DNA of 32,000 nucleotides from Wolbachia endosymbiont (group B) of Hofmannophila pseudospretella (GTDB lineage Bacteria; Pseudomonadota; Alphaproteobacteria; Rickettsiales; Anaplasmataceae): NCBI RefSeq assembly GCF_964028515.1, contig NZ_OZ034788.1, positions 1,506,473 to 1,538,472 of the forward strand, read 5' to 3'. Shown piece by piece: positions 26,325 to 32,000 of this stretch (position 1 is its first letter; each line of letters starts with the position of its first letter). The notes under the pieces were generated by a model. It saw only the letters and a program-made list of their open reading frames with translations, ran no database searches and was not told where the DNA came from. The position numbers and the translations under genes were made by a program.

Positions 26325-27559
26325 AGTATGACGAAGGAAAGTTGTGGGCTGCTGTTATTACTAGAGCTATTCAGGATGCAGCAGGAAAAAACCCTAAACT
26401 TAAAAAAGAGGCTTGTCAATGGATTCGCTCACGATCTTTTGAAACTGTTTGTGAGCTGGCTAATCTTGACTTTAAACGTCTAAAAAATATGTTGAACAAA
26501 TTTGGAATAAACAAGGAGAATTTTATGGATTTTTCATCTAAAAATGCTTTAAAAATAAAATCATTATTAATTAATAATATCAAAGATTGTTTATCTTATT
26601 TGTTACCTGAAGGCAAATCTTACCAAAATAAATTCTATATTGGCAGTAGAAATGGAAATAAGATAATAGTTGAAATGGAAGGAGAAAATGCAGGAAATTG
26701 GTACAACCTGATCGAAGAAAAGAAAGGAAATATAATAGACCTTTGGACTTTAGTTAAAGGTAATATAGATTCTGCTGAAACATGGTTGAACGGTAAAGAT
26801 GAAAGAAGTTCCATATTACAAGAAAAACAAAACGAAGAAAAAGCATTTTCTGTAAACCATTACTTAAACGATAAATCACCAATGCCAAAAGATATAATAG
26901 GCCCAAGAATTTTGACACCAGGTGGTCTTTTGGTCATAGGTGGTACTCCAAAGATTGGCAAAAGTCATTTTCTTCTTTCTCTATTAGTACATCTGGCAGC
27001 AGGAAGATCATTTCTTGGCATGAAGCCTACAAGACCGCTAAAAATATTCTATCTACAAAACGAAATGGAATATGATTACATTAGAGAACGTATACAACAA
27101 CTCAACAAACTTCCTCATTTAGCAACAGAAAACTTAATTGTGACGAACAAGATGAATTTGACCTTAAATGAAGAAGGTATAGAAAAAATAAAAAATATGG
27201 TAGAGGAAAAGTTTGATTTAGTTGTGATTGATTCTCCTTATAATTCCGTTAACTATGGTCTGCAGCATGCAATAGAAAAACTACGTTCCAAGATTAATCC
27301 TATGGCTGGAATAATCATCACAAATCACACCAAAAAAGTACCTACCTCTATATTGGAAAAGAATCCATTTCAAGCTCTCGTTGGTGCTAACGCTTTAAGA
27401 AGTTTTTATACATCTGGAATAGTAATATTTCAACCCAATAAACGTACAAATATCTTACAAGTAGTATATGAACTTAGAAACGGTAGATCTATACCAACAA
27501 AATTCATCAATAAGATTAATGGATGTTGGAAAACTGCTAACGTTATAGCTAGAACATAA
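26309..27559 (+). CDS. RepA-like (AAA_25) ATPase with a primase-N-terminal-like domain; the ORF is fused in frame to a 72-codon upstream segment
   Basis: The ORF track gives a TTG start at 26309. There is a strong internal start at ATG 26525, with AAGGAG 6 nt upstream. From that Met the protein parallels the N-terminus of the primase (CLSYLLPEGKSYQNKFYIG..NWYNLIEEKKGNIIDLWTLVKG vs CLSYLLPRGTFRGDKFYVG..LWHDFSTEEGGDIFDLWAAVTG). A Walker A GGTPKIGKS ATPase domain follows. Confidence 0.7.
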   Translation: MVAILKYDEGKLWAAVITRAIQDAAGKNPKLKKEACQWIRSRSFETVCELANLDFKRLKNMLNKFGINKENFMDFSSKNALKIKSLLINNIKDCLSYLLPEGKSYQNKFYIGSRNGNKIIVEMEGENAGNWYNLIEEKKGNIIDLWTLVKGNIDSAETWLNGKDERSSILQEKQNEEKAFSVNHYLNDKSPMPKDIIGPRILTPGGLLVIGGTPKIGKSHFLLSLLVHLAAGRSFLGMKPTRPLKIFYLQNEMEYDYIRERIQQLNKLPHLATENLIVTNKMNLTLNEEGIEKIKNMVEEKFDLVVIDSPYNSVNYGLQHAIEKLRSKINPMAGIIITNHTKKVPTSILEKNPFQALVGANALRSFYTSGIVIFQPNKRTNILQVVYELRNGRSIPTKFINKINGCWKTANVIART

Positions 27560-27576
27560 AAATTCTTCAGGTAGGT

Positions 27577-29625
27577 ATGGATATTTATTGTTCACAAAGA
27601 AATGGACATTATAAATTATTAGGGAAGAAAGAACAATTAAGAACTCAACTCCTATCAAATATAAGGTCATGTCTTTCTTATTTACTGCCAAGAGGAACTT
27701 TTCGTGGTGATAAGTTCTATGTAGGTGATCTACAAGGCAATAAAGGACAAAGTATGATAGTGGAGTTAACTGGCAGTAAAGCCGGATTATGGCATGATTT
27801 TTCTACCGAAGAAGGAGGAGATATTTTTGATCTTTGGGCTGCTGTTACTGGAAAAAATCAATTTACTGATACGATAGAAGATATTGCTAAGTGGATTGGT
27901 TATTCGGAAAAAAATAACACTCTGGGGCAACCAACGGCATCATGGAACTATTACGATGAAAGTGATCAAGTGATTGTTACAGTTTATCGTTATAACACTG
28001 ATTCAGGAAAAAGATATCTTCCTTTTGATGTAAAAAGGTCTAGTTTTACTCTACCAGAGACCAGGCCTTTATATAATATTCCAGGTATCGTGAAATCTGA
28101 TAAGGTGATTTTAGTTGAAGGTGAAAAGTGTGCAGATGCTCTGATAGAGCAAGGTATGACTGCCACAACTGCAATGTTAGGAGCAAATGCACCAATAGAA
28201 AAAACAGACTGGTCACCACTTAAGGGCAAGCATGTTATTATTTGGCCAGACAATGATGAACCAGGTAAACAATATGCTGAGAAAGTTGTGAAAAAGCTTA
28301 CTTTTCTTGGTGTTTTATCACTTACTCTTCTTGAAATACCGGAGAATAAACCAAAGGGATGGGATTCAGCTGATGGTATAGAAGAAAAGATGAATATTCC
28401 TGAATTCATTGAAAATAACTCGAAAAAAATCATCGTTAAGCAATTGCTTAATATTCAAGAATGGAGCGTAGAACGTTTTATAGGTCCAGTACCGGAGCAA
28501 AAGTTTCTTGTTGAAGGGTTATTTCCTTTAGGAGTGACATCTATTCTAGCTGCAATGGGAGATACTGGTAAAGGTATGCTTCTGCTTGATTTAGCACTGA
28601 AAGTTGCGAGTAGAAAAGATCAGCCATGTGGTTTTGGTCCTTTAGTTACTGAACATGGATCTGTTGTAATATTCTCTGCAGAAGATGATATGAGTGAAAT
28701 ACATCGTCGTTTAGAGCGTCTTGACTCACAATGCGAGAGATTAAAATATAAGGATAGGCTCTTTATTGTACCATTACCAAATGTTAGTGGATCACTTACA
28801 ATCATAAAGAGTGTTTCAGGTAAAGTTATAGAGACTTCTCCTGAATTTGAATTGATAACAAAACAACTTAATAAAATAAAAAACTTAAAATTAATCGTAT
28901 TTGATCCACTTGCATCATTTGTGCACGCTGATTTAAATACTGACCCAGCCGTAGGCGATTATTTGATGTCTTTATTATCTGATTTAGCAGGTAGCACTGG
29001 AGCATCAATAATTACTGCTCATCATATGAGAAAGCCAAAAAGTGAAAAACCTATATCGACTGTTGAGCAAGCACGTGATGCCATTAGAGGTACATCTGCT
29101 CTTGTTAATGGTGTTAGGTGTTCATACGCTTTTTGGTCTGTGGAAGATACAGCTAAACCGACAATTTTTAAATCAATAGGAGAATCTGTAAGACAGAACG
29201 CATTATTTTATGGAGCAATTGTTAAAGCAAACGGTTTGGCTGATCGCACTTTACGCACTTATTTAAGAAATGAAGAAACAGGATTGTTAGAGGACATAAC
29301 TGAAAGATTAAGAATAAAAAATATGAACGAAAAAGATTCAAAGCAGCATCTTATAACTGCAATTACACGAGCAGCAATTTCTGGACATCCATTTACCCAT
29401 ACAGGAAGTACAGGAGTGTATAAACAGCGGCATAGACTACCTGAGGAGTTTCACAGTATAGGAAGAGATAGAATGGAGCGTATAGTTCAAGAGCTGTTAC
29501 AAGCACGGAAGTTGGTTAAGGGAATGGCTACTGGTTCAAAAGAAGATAAATGGCTTGACATTCCTAGCGGACCATTTGCTCGCGGTGTTGGAAAGTTTAG
29601 CTGTGGAGCTGAGCTATTCTCCTAA
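27577..29625 (+). CDS. Phage DNA primase/helicase-like protein (N-terminal primase domain, Toprim, C-terminal RepA-like AAA_25 ATPase)
   Basis: 682 aa. The Toprim region is VILVEGEKCADALIEQG..HVIIWPDNDEPGKQYAEKV. The ATPase has Walker A LAAMGDTGKGMLLLDL and Walker B LIVFDPLASF, followed by ITAHHMRKP. Confidence 0.8.
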   Translation: MDIYCSQRNGHYKLLGKKEQLRTQLLSNIRSCLSYLLPRGTFRGDKFYVGDLQGNKGQSMIVELTGSKAGLWHDFSTEEGGDIFDLWAAVTGKNQFTDTIEDIAKWIGYSEKNNTLGQPTASWNYYDESDQVIVTVYRYNTDSGKRYLPFDVKRSSFTLPETRPLYNIPGIVKSDKVILVEGEKCADALIEQGMTATTAMLGANAPIEKTDWSPLKGKHVIIWPDNDEPGKQYAEKVVKKLTFLGVLSLTLLEIPENKPKGWDSADGIEEKMNIPEFIENNSKKIIVKQLLNIQEWSVERFIGPVPEQKFLVEGLFPLGVTSILAAMGDTGKGMLLLDLALKVASRKDQPCGFGPLVTEHGSVVIFSAEDDMSEIHRRLERLDSQCERLKYKDRLFIVPLPNVSGSLTIIKSVSGKVIETSPEFELITKQLNKIKNLKLIVFDPLASFVHADLNTDPAVGDYLMSLLSDLAGSTGASIITAHHMRKPKSEKPISTVEQARDAIRGTSALVNGVRCSYAFWSVEDTAKPTIFKSIGESVRQNALFYGAIVKANGLADRTLRTYLRNEETGLLEDITERLRIKNMNEKDSKQHLITAITRAAISGHPFTHTGSTGVYKQRHRLPEEFHSIGRDRMERIVQELLQARKLVKGMATGSKEDKWLDIPSGPFARGVGKFSCGAELFS

Positions 29626-29659
29626 AAAATTTTTCTGATATAAAAAAATATTTTGATTT

Positions 29660-29694
29660 TTGCGGACGAATTTTGAAGTCATCGTACATATATA
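29660..29694 (+). promoter_or_regulatory. Conserved phage motif, copy 3 (upstream of the tail-collar-like and DUF4815-like genes)
   Basis: TTGCGGACGAATT-ttgaa-GTCATCGTACATATATA, preceded by an A/T-rich tract. It ends 21 nt before ATG 29716. Confidence 0.55.
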
Positions 29695-29715
29695 ATATAT
29701 GAGGCTTAATTAAAA

Positions 29716-30399
29716 ATGTCAATTCTCACACAGTCAGGAAGAGCAGCAATAGCAGCCAGCATAAAAAAGCAATCTATCCATCTTGCTTGGGGAACAGGTG
29801 ATTCAAGTTGGAAAAGTAGCCATAAAGTAGAAAAAACTTTCGTTAAGGGTGAAATAAAATTTGATCATCAACCTATTAAAGATGTGAAGGTTGTTACAGG
29901 GCAAACAACTTATCAGCCAAGTATTGACTATACAGTTAATGGCAGTACTGATGTAATAAAACGTACGGAAAATAGCTCTATTCCAGTAAGTGATAAAGTT
30001 ACTGTAGAGTATAGTGAAAGCACACCACCAGAGCTGATAACTTCTGAAAAACTGCTCAATGAACTTGGCAGACGTACTGCAGACGAAGTGCTATTCTGCA
30101 CAGGTGATGAAAACGGTGAACTTATAACTCCATCTGGAAGGTTTAGGCCCTCAAATGTACCAACTAATAATCTCTATCTCAAATTTACTTTCGATTTCAC
30201 GGATGCAGCAAATCAAGTAATCAGAGAGCTAGGGGTTATGGTTGGTACTAAAATAAAAGAAGAATTACCTGAAGGACAGAGATATTTTGAACCTCAAGAT
30301 ATAGAAGAACATGGGATTTTATTGATTTTGGAACATACCGTACCACTTATCAGAACTGCTGCAACTCGGGAAACTTTTTCATTTGTTGTAACTTTTTGA
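29716..30399 (+). CDS. Phage tail-collar/tail-fibre-like protein (possibly the WO VrlC.2-type protein)
   Basis: 227 aa. The N-terminus ILTQSGRAAIAASIKKQSIHLAWGTGDSSW and the later LLNELGRR resemble the LT.aG.a..a.a...g..i....a.GdG ... L.nE..R pattern of phage tail-collar fibre proteins. The VrlC naming is from memory of WO annotations. Confidence 0.45.
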   Translation: MSILTQSGRAAIAASIKKQSIHLAWGTGDSSWKSSHKVEKTFVKGEIKFDHQPIKDVKVVTGQTTYQPSIDYTVNGSTDVIKRTENSSIPVSDKVTVEYSESTPPELITSEKLLNELGRRTADEVLFCTGDENGELITPSGRFRPSNVPTNNLYLKFTFDFTDAANQVIRELGVMVGTKIKEELPEGQRYFEPQDIEEHGILLILEHTVPLIRTAATRETFSFVVTF

Positions 30400-30415
30400 A
30401 TTTTTCTAGCATTAA

Positions 30416-32000
30416 ATGACTTTAAACGCCTATTATAACCGCTTTAATCCTGACAAAGAATACGAAAAAAGCTTGTTTCTAGCAGGAAGAGGTCTACAGT
30501 CTGCAGAACTAAACGAGACTCAGGAGTATGCTCTCTCTAAGATTAAAGGCATAGGCGATGCAATATTTCGTGATGGTGATGTTATAACAGGAAGCAATTG
30601 TATTATAGATAGAGAAACTGGTAAAGTTACACTTGAGGGAGGAAAAATCTATCTGCGCGGTGCAGTTAGAAAAGTTGAAAAAGAAGAATTTGTTATTCCA
30701 CTGAGTACCACAGTTCGCATAGGTGTTTATTATGTAGAATCTACGATTACAGAACTTGAGGATGAAAACCTTCGTGATCCTGCTATTGGTACAAGAAATT
30801 ATCAGGAAGTAGGAGCTGCAAGGCTTAAAGTTTCCACCATTTGGGGTTATCAAGCAGAAGGTCTTTCTCCACGTTTTTCTGAAGGAGAGTTTTATCCAAT
30901 CTATAACATTGAAAATGGAGTATTAATAGAACATTCACCACCTCCACAAGCAAACATAGTAACTACTGCTCTTGCTCGTTATGACAAAGAAGCAAATGGT
31001 TCCTACGTCGTAAATGGTCTTGAAGTAATGTTCCTGCAAAAGGAAGAGGGAGAAGGAGGAAAAAAAATATTTGTAATTAATGAGGGAAAAGCTCATGTTG
31101 ATGGCTATGAGATTGAGTTACCTCACAGTATTCGCATTTCTTTTGATGAAGATCCAGATATAAAATCAGTTGAATCAGAACCACATACTTTTCAGCCAAA
31201 TAGCCAAAGAGTAATGGAACTGAAGGTTAATGATTTTCCAATAAGTGAAATTAAAAAAGTAGATATAACTGTTCAGAAAACCATTACTGTTACTCATGGT
31301 TCATACTCTGGAGCTATTGATCCGATACCTGACTCTGCAGTACTTGAGATTATTCAAGTTAAACAAGGCAATGTTATTTATGAAAATAGTATAGATTACA
31401 AATTAAACGCAGGAAACGTTGATTGGTCATTACCAGGTAAAGAACCAGCTCCTGGAAGTAGTTATCAAATAACTTACCGCTGTCGTACTCATGTAAGCCC
31501 TGAAGATATAAGTGAACAGGGATGCAAAGTAAAAGGAGCAGTTGATAATAGCTTGGTTTTGATAGATTATACCTGGAAAATGCCCCGCTTTGATTTAATT
31601 ACTATCGATAGCAAAGGGGTGGTAAGGAGAATAAAAGGAATTTCTCACCCTTGGCGACCATCGATGCCTAAAGCTCCTTCTGAACAGCTTTTGCTCTGCT
31701 ACATTCATCAGACGTGGAAAAAAGGCGAAGGGGTAAAAATAGTGAATAATGCTATTCATGCTGTACCGATGAATGAGCTTGAAGCAATGAAAAAAGGAAT
31801 AAATGATCTTTATGCGCTGGTTGCAGAGGAACGTCTACGCAATGATGCAAATTCAAGAGAACCTACCACCAAAAAAGGAGTATTTGTTGATTCATTCTTT
31901 GATGATGATATGCGCGATCAAGGAATTTTGCAGTCTGCAGCAATAGTAAATAAGGAACTAATTTTACCAATAGATGTAACGATTGCTGATATTGATGGAG
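30416..32000 (+). CDS. Large phage structural/host-adsorption-like protein (DUF4815-like; possibly the WO VrlC.1-type), 5' part only
   Basis: It is not in the ORF track because there is no stop in the window. I translated from ATG 30416 (MTLNAYYNRFNPDKEYEKSLFLAGRGLQSAELNETQEYALSKIKGIGDAIFRDGDV..) and the frame stays open for all 528 codons to the window end. The family assignment is from memory. Confidence 0.6.
   Translation, partial: MTLNAYYNRFNPDKEYEKSLFLAGRGLQSAELNETQEYALSKIKGIGDAIFRDGDVITGSNCIIDRETGKVTLEGGKIYLRGAVRKVEKEEFVIPLSTTVRIGVYYVESTITELEDENLRDPAIGTRNYQEVGAARLKVSTIWGYQAEGLSPRFSEGEFYPIYNIENGVLIEHSPPPQANIVTTALARYDKEANGSYVVNGLEVMFLQKEEGEGGKKIFVINEGKAHVDGYEIELPHSIRISFDEDPDIKSVESEPHTFQPNSQRVMELKVNDFPISEIKKVDITVQKTITVTHGSYSGAIDPIPDSAVLEIIQVKQGNVIYENSIDYKLNAGNVDWSLPGKEPAPGSSYQITYRCRTHVSPEDISEQGCKVKGAVDNSLVLIDYTWKMPRFDLITIDSKGVVRRIKGISHPWRPSMPKAPSEQLLLCYIHQTWKKGEGVKIVNNAIHAVPMNELEAMKKGINDLYALVAEERLRNDANSREPTTKKGVFVDSFFDDDMRDQGILQSAAIVNKELILPIDVTIADIDG

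Noticed and set aside
27990-28433. 147-aa minus-strand ORF inside the primase gene, plus similar antisense ORFs at 28620-28805, 30509-30853, 4100-4303, 6281-6502, 6630-6812, 7123-7350, 7442-7651, 9007-9243, 10259-10465, 14579-14764, 17459-17650, 20662-20940, 20950-21210 and 27455-27691
   Set aside because: All overlap well-supported genes on the opposite strand or in another frame. They have low-complexity or hydrophobic composition typical of antisense AT-rich frames, and none has an RBS or a recognisable motif.
1-32000. Scan for tRNA, rRNA, tmRNA or group II intron signatures
   Set aside because: I found no cloverleaf-like GC-rich stems, rRNA-like conserved blocks or reverse-transcriptase ORFs by eye. 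I cannot exclude small RNAs without running covariance models.

Overview
This AT-rich window reads like a Wolbachia (Rickettsiales) chromosome running from core genes into a prophage-associated accessory island. I infer the organism from gene content only and ran no searches. (1) 1-7.8 kb is a housekeeping block: purA (partial), an orphan 513-aa protein, an IS6 relic, a UbiH/COQ6-family monooxygenase, a Bcr/CflA-type MFS transporter, a murC that lacks its C-terminal domain, and rlpA. (2) 7.8-23 kb is an island crowded with IS elements. It has two by-eye identical 1101-bp IS630-family copies in direct orientation, IS256, IS5 and IS4 relics, and two further IS5-superfamily elements with intact ends. 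It also carries a NUDIX hydrolase, an ankyrin-repeat protein, and the main hit. That hit is a translationally coupled two-gene operon (442 aa + 736 aa, 13168-16716). Its second protein has two tandem PD-(D/E)XK nuclease cores and no protease domain. I read it as a cifA/cifB-type (nuclease-only, cinA/cinB-like) cytoplasmic-incompatibility module. (3) 23-32 kb is a WO-like prophage segment. It contains a disrupted RuvC-like resolvase, an ECF-like sigma factor, an AAA_24 ATPase, a DUF669-like protein, three RepA-like ATPase paralogs (one frameshifted), a Toprim primase-helicase, a tail-collar-like protein and a DUF4815-like protein that runs off the window. A 35-bp motif recurs three times in this segment. 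Each copy lies just upstream of a phage gene or gene block and faces it. These are candidate promoters for the phage sigma factor. I found no rRNA, tRNA or CRISPR array.
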